DNA from: Nitrosopumilus sp.
GTDB taxonomy: Archaea > Thermoproteota > Nitrososphaeria > Nitrososphaerales > Nitrosopumilaceae
Length of the DNA stretch: 64,000 bases
Reading direction: 5' to 3'
Assembly (NCBI GenBank): GCA_965223425.1
Contig: OZ245003.1
Coordinates: 2,144,001 to 2,208,000 of the forward strand
Positions 1 to 8,427 of the stretch are shown piece after piece. Below the pieces are notes generated by a model that worked only from the letters and a program-made list of their open reading frames with translations, was not told the DNA's origin and made no database searches. The translations under genes were made by a program, and so were the position numbers. Positions within the stretch are counted from its first letter, which is position 1. Each line of letters begins with the position of its first letter.

Positions 1-62
1 ATAACAGATCTGGATTTGTGCTTAAATCCATGTGAACGACCATGAGGTTTCTTAGTTGCCAT
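1..62 (-). CDS. rpl21e: 50S ribosomal protein L21e, 5' part (runs off window)
   Basis: Manual translation from ATG 62: MATKKPHGRSHGFKHKSRSV, matching the L21e N-terminal SHG.R/K.K.R pattern. Confidence 0.75.
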   Translation of the reverse strand, partial: MATKKPHGRSHGFKHKSRSV

Positions 63-119
63 GTAGAGTGAAATCTTTGAGAGCCCTATTTTAACACTTA
101 GGACATTATTTTAGAAAAT

Positions 120-1178
120 TTAGCCTGCAATATCAGTTCTAAGTTGACCGCAAGCAGCTGAGATCTCAGTGCCTTTTTCGACACGAACAGTGCAGTTTAC
201 ACCAGCATTATACAAAATTCGCTCAAATTCAAGAACATGATCTTCTGAAGGTCGCTGAAAACCACCAGCAGTAGGATTGATTGGAATCAGATTCACATGA
301 GAACCATTTCCTTCTAAAAGTTTGGCCAATTCAGCTGCAATTTTAGGAGAGTCATTGATTCCCTTCATCAAAGCATACTCAAATGTCACACGACGCCCAG
401 TTTTTTGATAATAACGTCTTCCAGCTTCTATGATATCCTCAACTGAGTTTGGGCTAGCAGTAGGAACTAATTCTTTTCGTAATTCATTATTTGGCGCATG
501 AAGGGAAATAGCAAGACCGATCTGTAGATTCTCATCAGCTAGTTTATCAATTCCGGACGTAATACCAATTGTACTAACGGTAATGTGTCTTTGGCCAAGT
601 CCAAAACCTCTGTCATGTGTTAAAATTTTTACTGCTCGAATCGTTTCATCATAGTTTGCCATTGGTTCACCCATTCCCATAAAGACCAAGTTTGTTACAT
701 GTTCTCCTCGCTGTTGTAGAATCTCTGCAAAATGAATTACTTGAGATACAATGTGTTCTGCTTTGAGATTTGTCTCAAATCCCATCTGACCGGTTGCACA
801 AAAGACACATCCCATCGCACATCCAATTTGAGTTGAGACGCAGATTGTTGACCTTGGATGACCGCCAATCTTTTTTGGATCATATTGCATCAAAACAGTT
901 TCTACAGAAGATTCGTCATTTAACTGCAACAATAATTTGGTTGTATCACCATCTTCACTTACAACTCGATGCATTTCTTTGGCAGAACCTATCGTATACC
1001 CAGCTTCTATTAGCTTCTCTCTGAGTTTTTTTGGAAGTTGTGGTATATCATTGATGTTTTTTGGAAATTTGTAGTATAATGGAAGCAAAATTTGGTCTGC
1101 TCGATATCTAGGATAACCCATATCAATTACGAGTTGTTCCATCTCTTCTGGAAGTAGGCGATAAAGATCTGTCATCAT
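120..1178 (-). CDS. rlmN: RlmN-family radical SAM RNA methyltransferase
   Basis: CVSTQIGCAMGCVFC, FMGMGEP, ISLHAPN and C-terminal AACGQL motifs. Confidence 0.93.
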   Translation of the reverse strand: MMTDLYRLLPEEMEQLVIDMGYPRYRADQILLPLYYKFPKNINDIPQLPKKLREKLIEAGYTIGSAKEMHRVVSEDGDTTKLLLQLNDESSVETVLMQYDPKKIGGHPRSTICVSTQIGCAMGCVFCATGQMGFETNLKAEHIVSQVIHFAEILQQRGEHVTNLVFMGMGEPMANYDETIRAVKILTHDRGFGLGQRHITVSTIGITSGIDKLADENLQIGLAISLHAPNNELRKELVPTASPNSVEDIIEAGRRYYQKTGRRVTFEYALMKGINDSPKIAAELAKLLEGNGSHVNLIPINPTAGGFQRPSEDHVLEFERILYNAGVNCTVRVEKGTEISAACGQLRTDIAG

Positions 1179-1259
1179 GTATATTAACAGATTCTCAAAT
1201 TATATTATAATTTAATCACTAGCGTTAGAAATAAGAGAAATCAAAAGTAGGAGGAGAAG

Positions 1260-2456
1260 TTATTCTTCTATTGGTTCTGAATCATCTGATTCAGTATCTA
1301 CTGTAGACTCTACAGGCTTTACCTCAGCAGTTTCTGCAGGTGTCTCAACTTTTGGAGTTTCTGCAGGTGTCTCAACTTTTGGAGTTTCTGCAGGTGTCTC
1401 AACCTCAGGCGTTTCTGCAGGTGTCTCAACCTCAGGCTCTTTTGCCTTTTTGGTAGTTGCTTTTTTGGTAGTCTTTTTGGTCTTTTTCTCTGCGTCTTCA
1501 GGGTCTATTACACCTGCTTCGCCTAGAGCAAAGATTACCTCCTCTTCAGGATGATGAGGACTATCTACCATTCTAGCAATTCGTTTCTTTCCTGATTTCT
1601 TAAAGTAGATTCTGTATGTACTTGTATGTGCAACCACATTTCCACCGATTGGGCGTGTTGGATCTCCAAAGAAGACATCAGGGGATGCCATAACTTGGTT
1701 GGTTGCAATTGCAGCACAATTGTATGTTTCTGCAATTCTAGATAACAGATGAACGAAATGATTTAGTTTTTGTTGTCTGGTTGACAATGTTCCTCGTCCA
1801 AGATATTCAGAACGGAACAATCCAACTGCAGAGTCTACAACAATTAGTTTGATATTATTTTCTTCAATTATAGAACCGGCTTCTTCTAGAATCAATGTTT
1901 GATGTGCGCTATTATATGCACGAGCAACAATGATGTTATCTAGAACTTTTTCTGGATCCATTTCGTGTACTTGAGCAATGGATACTATTCTTTCAGGTCT
2001 GAAAGTATTTTCAGTGTCAATGTACAAAACATTACCTTCAAGACCACCTTCTTCTTTACTCTTTTGAACCATCACAGACATTGTATGAGCAAATTGTGTT
2101 TTACCACAACCAAATTCTCCATAAACTTCTGTCAAGGCTTGAGTTTCAACGCCACCATCAAATAGTGTATCAAGACAGTTTGTACCAGTTGTAATTTTAC
2201 CAATGCTTTGTCGGTGTTTGTAAATTTCACTTGCACTAACAAAGTCTTTGGCAAGCAATCCCCCTTCAACTAGATGTTGTCGGGCTTTATTGACAATTTT
2301 TTCAGCAGTATCTTTTTCCATTCCAGTTATGTCTGCAATTTCTACTGGACCCCTAACGATGAGATCCATGACGTTGTGGACACCTGCATCGGATAATTTT
2401 CTTGTAGTTACAGGACCTACGCCTTCTAAGCTATCTAATCTCAGGTCTTCTACCAT
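1260..2456 (-). CDS. radA: DNA repair and recombination protein RadA with low-complexity C-tail
   Basis: HhH N-domain, GEFGCGKT Walker A, YIDTENTFRPER, PIGGNVVAH. Confidence 0.97.
   Translation of the reverse strand: MVEDLRLDSLEGVGPVTTRKLSDAGVHNVMDLIVRGPVEIADITGMEKDTAEKIVNKARQHLVEGGLLAKDFVSASEIYKHRQSIGKITTGTNCLDTLFDGGVETQALTEVYGEFGCGKTQFAHTMSVMVQKSKEEGGLEGNVLYIDTENTFRPERIVSIAQVHEMDPEKVLDNIIVARAYNSAHQTLILEEAGSIIEENNIKLIVVDSAVGLFRSEYLGRGTLSTRQQKLNHFVHLLSRIAETYNCAAIATNQVMASPDVFFGDPTRPIGGNVVAHTSTYRIYFKKSGKKRIARMVDSPHHPEEEVIFALGEAGVIDPEDAEKKTKKTTKKATTKKAKEPEVETPAETPEVETPAETPKVETPAETPKVETPAETAEVKPVESTVDTESDDSEPIEE
1330..1437. repeat. 27-bp tandem repeat x4 in the radA tail (VETPAETPK/E)
   Basis: gtttctgcaggtgtctcaac(ttttgga/ctcaggc) repeated four times. 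Confidence 0.9.
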
Positions 2457-2487
2457 ACCGTATGGTACGGTACCAGTACTTTATAAA
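2451..2487 (-). promoter_or_regulatory. radA promoter: TATA box plus overlapping palindromes at the start codon
   Basis: TTTATAAA at 2480-2487, about 25 bp upstream of the ATG; IRs TACCATAC-c-GTATGGTA (2451-2467) and TACCGTA-tgg-TACGGTA (2456-2472). Confidence 0.6.
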
Positions 2488-2499
2488 AGTATTGTTTTA

Positions 2500-3325
2500 G
2501 GGGGTGCTGTCCAAATTGACTGATTTCGATCACATGTTTCGTGATTTTTGCGCAAAAACAGGCAAGACGGCGGTGCTGCCCATGCCAGAAGAATACCGGT
2601 GACACCGTCATCAGGTACTGCCTTGTCCCAAAGAATGGCAAGCAGGAGTACAGCTTACGCTGGGAAAGCCCTCTCCGCATTACGGCAGTCTTATGCGACC
2701 AGGTTGTAGCAGATGCACTTTAGGACAAGCTGCAGCCTTCTCATGGATGCCGTCCTTGCACGGGCGACTGCGCCGAACCTCTCCTTCATGACAGAAAACG
2801 TGTTCTCCACCAACTGCGCTGGCCGTAGGCCTTTGCAAACCCGCACGGGTCGTCCCTGTGCCAGCGAAGCATTTTTTCCATGGGGTTAAACCCCCTGGGA
2901 ACGGAGTTCTTCTTGGGACATATGACCGGCTCCCTTCCGCTGTCTGCAATGATACGGCAGTTCTTCCTTGAGAGGTATGCCGCATCCGGCAGGACGTGGC
3001 CGCCGGTGTCGCCGTGCGGGGGATCCTCCCGTACATGTCGCAGAACACCGGCGAGTCGTGCTTTCTGCCGCACGTCACCTCGCACGCAGATACCATGCCG
3101 TGCGGGGCCACCAGCACGTGCAGCTTGTCAAACTCGCGCCTTGAGACGAGTCCTTTCTTGGCCTCCTCCCAGTCCGCGTAATTCATGATGGAGAACCCAG
3201 ACGAGTCGCCTATGACGGTGCCGCGCGCGTCGTCTCCTGCCTGTGCCAGAAGCAGTCCTGCGAGCTGCTCGGTCCTGCTGACAGCGCTTTTGCCATGTTG
3301 TGCAGTGACGATTTCGTATGGGAGA
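2500..3325 (-). pseudogene. Truncated, frameshifted IS5-family transposase with one surviving end
   Basis: GC-rich; DSSGF, KLHVLV, HDSPVF, DAAYLS and YNL motifs split over frames; end GGGGTGCTGTCCAAATTGAC resembles the ends of element 41672-45806. Confidence 0.8.
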
Positions 3326-3351
3326 ACCCAGAATGCTAAAAATAATTTAAA

Positions 3352-3681
3352 TTAAAATGTGAAAACAAATTGTTTGCCTTTTTTTCCATGTTTTAGACAA
3401 GTGCCTTTTAATTTAGATGGGATTGAATCTAATTTTTTACATACTTTGCTGTTAAATTGCTCCCAACCAGTACCAGAAAATAATATCTCAGTAGGTAAAA
3501 CAGATACATTAGATACTTCATCATGATTTTCAAATTCGATTCTTAAACCCACATGAATTTCATGTTTATCAACTTCACATTTAGTTATAGTTTGTAATGC
3601 ACCTCTAGTAACAAGAGAATTTGTAATATTATCAAATCCAACACTTTTTAGTTGTGAACTAATATCTACCGCAAATTCCAT
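3352..3681 (-). CDS. Hypothetical protein (orphan, AT-rich cassette)
   Basis: 109-aa ORF co-oriented with the upstream ORF; no motif recognised. Confidence 0.55.
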   Translation of the reverse strand: MEFAVDISSQLKSVGFDNITNSLVTRGALQTITKCEVDKHEIHVGLRIEFENHDEVSNVSVLPTEILFSGTGWEQFNSKVCKKLDSIPSKLKGTCLKHGKKGKQFVFTF

Positions 3682-3700
3682 GATGTGTCAATACATTAAA

Positions 3701-4018
3701 TTATTTTTGAAAATAAGATTGTGCTAATCTTTGATACTCTTTTTTGAATCTGTATTTTACAGGAATTGTTACAGGTGCATCTAAAGTTTCAATGTTATCA
3801 GGAGCATCTAGATAATATTCTAAAATCTTAACATTGTTAGTAAGACGATGTAATGAGTGCATAACTTCTGATTCATCTTTTTTAGTTTTTTTTGCGATTT
3901 GCCCTAAATCAAATCCTTCATCTAGCTTCTTAATCAATAATTGACCAACTTTAGCACAAGCAGGTCCAGTCTCAGGATCATCAAAAGCAATCTTTAATCG
4001 TATTTGTTTAGAAATCAT
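3701..4018 (-). CDS. Hypothetical protein, possible HTH DNA-binding
   Basis: GGAGGT just upstream of ATG 4018; LGQIAKKTKKDESEVMHSLHRL resembles an HTH. Confidence 0.55.
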   Translation of the reverse strand: MISKQIRLKIAFDDPETGPACAKVGQLLIKKLDEGFDLGQIAKKTKKDESEVMHSLHRLTNNVKILEYYLDAPDNIETLDAPVTIPVKYRFKKEYQRLAQSYFQK

Positions 4019-4232
4019 AGTAACCTCCAAAGGGCAGACATTTAATAATTTTGTGATCATTGTAAAACATTTTAGACTGTATTATACGAACTTTGTACAT
4101 ATAAGATCTATGAAGCTAAATTACGGAAAAGTTGGGGTGTCAACGGATCGCTAGGCACAGCATACTTTATCTTGACACACCGTCTTGCAATAATTAGAAA
4201 ATCATTTGTATTTGCGAATTGAATTTGCCACG

Positions 4233-4376
4233 TCAAGAATTTTGTTTTTTAGCATCAGCTATAAAGGCTTTCACACTGTCATAACTTTTAGCTATTTCTA
4301 TTTCGCCTTTTTTCATTTGTTGTGCAGTTTCGAAGATTTGTTTCATTTTTGCTTCTTTACTGATAGTTTGACTCAT
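4233..4376 (-). CDS. 47-aa protein, possible antitoxin
   Basis: Manual ORF MSQTISKEAKMKQIFETAQQMKKGEIEIAKSYDSVKAFIADAKKQNS; TAAATAA about 25 bp upstream. Confidence 0.45.
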   Translation of the reverse strand: MSQTISKEAKMKQIFETAQQMKKGEIEIAKSYDSVKAFIADAKKQNS

Positions 4377-4420
4377 GTTGTAATATAACAAATTTGGTTA
4401 TTTAGGAATTACTACAAGAT

Positions 4421-4560
4421 CAGTCTTCCCAGAAGTACCAAGTTTTCCTCTGAACCATAACCAGTAACTCGTGATTCTACAGATTCTGGGTGCGTGTGAT
4501 TCTTTGTAGTAGAAAGTTTCTCCTCTTGGTAATCTCTACGAAGTACTTCTGGGAAGACTG
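4421..4560. mobile_element. MITE-A copy 1 (140 bp, ISH3-like ends)
   Basis: 18-bp TIR CAGTCTTCCCAGAAGTAC; 5-bp TSD AAGAT (4416-4420, 4561-4565); second copy at 52516-52655. Confidence 0.95.
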
Positions 4561-4864
4561 AAGATAGTAGTCAATACCTTAGCATCTTAATACGTGCCTG
4601 ATCTTATTTAAGCAAAAAAGTGCGGCACTGCTTAATCAATCAACCTACTTTTTACGCCTAAAATATCAATCGCAGGATTGGTAGAATCTGTTTTAGGGGT
4701 CTTTAGGTTTGAAAATCAAAAAATTACTTTCATAATGTTTTACAATGTTTCTGATGGATATGCATGTGAGGAATTTTTACTAGCATTCTGGATCAGCGTA
4801 ATCAATTGCTGTCTCCGTTGATTTCAATCCCATTCCCCGTATGATTGATTAATTGATTTGCGTG

Positions 4865-6547
4865 CTACTTTTTTGATATTTTGGCATTGTTAGGATCCAG
4901 ATTCTCCCAGACCACATCATAACCCATTTTGGATAACAAATCAGCATGGCATGAATCCGGAATTTTTTGAGATGTCAATATCTTACAGGCACCAATAAAC
5001 GTAGAAACTCCGTCAAGGTCACTATCTATGGAACTGATTTTCTCTTTTGAAATCAGATACGAGTTTACCGCAATAAAATTCTCGGGATAATCAGCAAGAA
5101 GAATCTTTAATGCAGCCTCTTCTGGGATAAGATGATCGTCTGCAACCTTCTTTATGGAAATCAGATCCATGTTGCCCTTATCCAATCTGATTTTGGTACC
5201 CTCAATCTTTTCTGCAGCAATTTCCACGTCAATTTTCTTTAGATGTTCCAAAATTGGTTTGATTGAAACATATTTGTTAAAAGTAAAGACCCTGTCTTTG
5301 GAAATTGTTTCTATTTGTGAGCATGCCAATTCGGAGTTTACCGCTACCAGCAAGTCTGCCTTTTGCCTGTTGCCGGCATCACCATCAAACAGCACCTTAA
5401 GCTTGGATGCCTTCCTTTCCAAGTATTCTTTTGTCCAAAAACCTACAATTTCCAGATACACTTTGCGTCCGAATCTTTCAAACAGAAAATCAGGAATCAT
5501 TGCCTTGCCGTCTGCAATCAACGGATCTGGCTCCCTGGAAATCCTCCATCCTGTCTTGTCAGTCTGATCAAAATATTGGCCGAATCGCTTTGCAAATGCT
5601 GCCTCCGTTGAGCTGTCATAAACATAATCATCATTTCTGATGCTTTTATCGTCTTGATATGTGGCATCTATCGTTGAGCGAAGAAACTCTTTGGTATCAT
5701 CATTTGATAACTCAAATGAGTAGATTTTTTGTCCACCATCTGTTTTTTTCACTATCGAGCCGCTGATCTTCCAGGTCGGCGTGCCTATAATTGACGGCAA
5801 TAGTTTGGCCATCGAAGTTCCATACCTGTCAGTCATTTTAAAGAGACTAAGCGGCCCCTCTAAAACACACTTTATCGAATCGTCGTTAGCGCCAGTATCG
5901 TCATCAGTACTGTCATCAGAACTATATTCTAAATTATACATCAATCCATATCGCTTGACATTACGCAAAACCTGTTTCCAGTACAGGCCGCCTCTTACAT
6001 AAAATTCCAATCTAGTGCATTTGAAAAGAAGTGTCTGTGTTAAGGAAAGGTTGTACCACAAAATCAGATCTTTAGGGCCAATTGTATCAAACTGTACAAG
6101 TACAAGGTTCTCATCTTTGTCATTCCACATTATGGTTTCAACATCGTCTGGGGAAATATGCATCTGTGCTGCAATTTGTTTGATAATATCCTGTCTTTGT
6201 GACGCAGACAAGGCCAGACCCTGTCTTGAGGATTCTTCAAACAGTTTCTGTCTTATGAATAAGGGAGTTGCAATCGAAGTTGATGAGTTTGATTGTCCAA
6301 AAACAGATCGCCTGTCTAGCAGTGCAAACAATCCACGTACCAATTTGTAGTCATATTCTGACTCGAGCGGTTTGATTTTTTGTAGCAAGTCCCCTTTACA
6401 CTGTTTGTTCTTTTGTGCATCTGCAAAGTATACAATGAGTTTGTTGGCAAGTTCGTAATCAGTTCCGTTGCCAAAGTCAGTGCTACAAAACAGCGGCATT
6501 ATCTTGCCACGGCTAGTCCTTGTACGCAAAAGTTCGGATGAAAGCAT
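4865..6547 (-). CDS. bax1: Bax1-like DUF790 endonuclease
   Basis: YNLSLTQTLLF, GPLSLF...RYG, REPDPL, IPDF, YLEIVGFWTKEYL; directly downstream of xpb. Confidence 0.9.
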   Translation of the reverse strand: MLSSELLRTRTSRGKIMPLFCSTDFGNGTDYELANKLIVYFADAQKNKQCKGDLLQKIKPLESEYDYKLVRGLFALLDRRSVFGQSNSSTSIATPLFIRQKLFEESSRQGLALSASQRQDIIKQIAAQMHISPDDVETIMWNDKDENLVLVQFDTIGPKDLILWYNLSLTQTLLFKCTRLEFYVRGGLYWKQVLRNVKRYGLMYNLEYSSDDSTDDDTGANDDSIKCVLEGPLSLFKMTDRYGTSMAKLLPSIIGTPTWKISGSIVKKTDGGQKIYSFELSNDDTKEFLRSTIDATYQDDKSIRNDDYVYDSSTEAAFAKRFGQYFDQTDKTGWRISREPDPLIADGKAMIPDFLFERFGRKVYLEIVGFWTKEYLERKASKLKVLFDGDAGNRQKADLLVAVNSELACSQIETISKDRVFTFNKYVSIKPILEHLKKIDVEIAAEKIEGTKIRLDKGNMDLISIKKVADDHLIPEEAALKILLADYPENFIAVNSYLISKEKISSIDSDLDGVSTFIGACKILTSQKIPDSCHADLLSKMGYDVVWENLDPNNAKISKK

Positions 6548-6598
6548 CAGCGCACAACCTCAAATATTTCTGGCATGTAGCTGGACGACATCTTTTGT

Positions 6599-8044
6599 TT
6601 ATTTCCCATATGATGACGGTGAATCTGTATCTGGTAGGGAACTTTTCTTCAGAGCAGTTATTCTTTTTGCACTGGTGCTTGTTTCTCGTGTGTGCCTTGA
6701 TACTAGTTCAATCAGTCTTGCCTTTCTGCCGTCTTTTTTTGGTCTTAGGACTCTTCCTAGTCTCTGTACTAGTTCTCGTCCGCTGCCTGTACCGCTTACA
6801 ATTATTCCCAATTCAGCATCAGGAACGTCTACCCCTTCATCTAAGACTCGCGAGGTAACGACGGCATTGTATTTGCCAGACTTGAATTTATCCAAAACAT
6901 CATGTCTTTCATCTTTTGGCGTTCTGTGGGTAATAAGCGGGATCAGGAATTTGTGGGATATATCATACACCATTTTGTTGTTTTGTGTAAAAATTATTGT
7001 CTTTGCTTTCTTGTTTTCTTGCAGTATTTTTTGCAGTTCGTCTATCTTGGATATGCTGTTTAATGCAATCTCGTTTGCCTTGTTTCTTGCAAGTAGTGCA
7101 TCTCTTGCAGTCCTGTTTCTGTTTGACATCATGATTAGCTGCCTTAGATTGTACATTGATGGAACCTTGAATCCTAACTGCCTGAGATTTGTCAGGAATT
7201 TCGTGTGATTAGCTGCATATTCTTTTTGTTCTTCTGGAGTTAGTGTGACCTGTATTCTATCAACTGTGTATTCTGCCAAGTGTTTTTGTGATGCAAGCTC
7301 ATCTGATCCAAGACGAAATACGATTCCGCCTGTAAGGTGCGGGATTAACTCATCTAGTCCATCCTCTCTTTCTATTGTCGCAGTTAAACCTAATCTGTAT
7401 GGTGCAATGAGTTGTTCTGCAATGGAACGGTATCCAGGGGCAGGAAGATGGTGTACTTCATCAAATATTACCAATTTGAACTGGTTTCCTATTGTTGCTG
7501 CTCTAATATACGCAGAATCATATGTTGCCACGGTGATTGCTTGTAGATTGTCTTCTCCACCGCCTAGTTTTCCAATTTGCATGTTTGGTGAGTTTTGATT
7601 GTTGATTGAGAGATGCTTGGAAACGTTGTTTGTCCATTGCTCCATCAAATCAATTGTGGGAACCACCACCAGCGTAGCTGCATTTACTTTTTGGATTGCC
7701 TTGATTCCTATTGCAGTTTTTCCAGCACCTGTAGGCAGAATGACACATCCCCTCATCGATGATTTTTCCCAATTTTGGATTGCCTGTTGCTGATAGTCTC
7801 GCAATTCCAAATCCCTTGTTTGGAATACTGGAGATGGTATGAAATCAGGTACATGATCAACAAAATCCAAGTCGCTTTTTGTCAAATATTCTATGATCTC
7901 TTGATAGCTCAGCCCATAAGACCTGAGAGATTTGGCCCTGTCATCGTATTTTGTATTTGGAATTCGGATTAACTTACTATCCTCAATACGGATGGTGCCT
8001 TTCTCAAAAAACAGTCTTGGGCTTGCAGAGGGGTTGGATGTCAA
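6599..8044 (-). CDS. xpb: XPB/Rad25-like SF2 helicase
   Basis: LRDYQ, LPTGAGKT, DEVHH, GLTATIERED, EGVDVP, QRLGR. Confidence 0.92.
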   Translation of the reverse strand: MTSNPSASPRLFFEKGTIRIEDSKLIRIPNTKYDDRAKSLRSYGLSYQEIIEYLTKSDLDFVDHVPDFIPSPVFQTRDLELRDYQQQAIQNWEKSSMRGCVILPTGAGKTAIGIKAIQKVNAATLVVVPTIDLMEQWTNNVSKHLSINNQNSPNMQIGKLGGGEDNLQAITVATYDSAYIRAATIGNQFKLVIFDEVHHLPAPGYRSIAEQLIAPYRLGLTATIEREDGLDELIPHLTGGIVFRLGSDELASQKHLAEYTVDRIQVTLTPEEQKEYAANHTKFLTNLRQLGFKVPSMYNLRQLIMMSNRNRTARDALLARNKANEIALNSISKIDELQKILQENKKAKTIIFTQNNKMVYDISHKFLIPLITHRTPKDERHDVLDKFKSGKYNAVVTSRVLDEGVDVPDAELGIIVSGTGSGRELVQRLGRVLRPKKDGRKARLIELVSRHTRETSTSAKRITALKKSSLPDTDSPSSYGK

Positions 8045-8200
8045 TCTGCTTCTTTTTGGTCGAGTTCATTATAATCATTTTTTGATCGTGAGATGTGGTA
8101 CACTGGTCAACGCTGAATCAGGCTTTGCAGCATTATTCCTTTCAAGCATTGTACCTCTTAGAAAATGATCATTTGGCGATAAAATTTTAACAGAAATTGA

Positions 8201-8383
8201 CTAGCGTCTCTTTCTTCTTTGGCCTGGTTTGTTTTGGCCAGGAAACCTTCCAAGAACAAATCTCTTTTTGAAATTGCTCTTGTTTCTAAGGCTAGAACTT
8301 GTACCTACAATTTTTCTTCCTTCTACCTTTGGAGTCTGTCCTCTTACTTTTCCTGCCTTAGTAATTGAACCGTGTGTTGCCAT
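8201..8383 (-). CDS. rps30e: 30S ribosomal protein S30e
   Basis: HGSITKAGKVRGQTPKV. Confidence 0.95.
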   Translation of the reverse strand: MATHGSITKAGKVRGQTPKVEGRKIVGTSSSLRNKSNFKKRFVLGRFPGQNKPGQRRKRR

Positions 8384-8427
8384 GATGATATAGGTGTAAA
8401 TAAGTGAATTTATGTATTTGTATGACC

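Noticed and set aside
4688-4700. TGTTTTAGGGG matching 2493-2503 as a possible island boundary
   Set aside because: Direct orientation, no TIR geometry, low complexity
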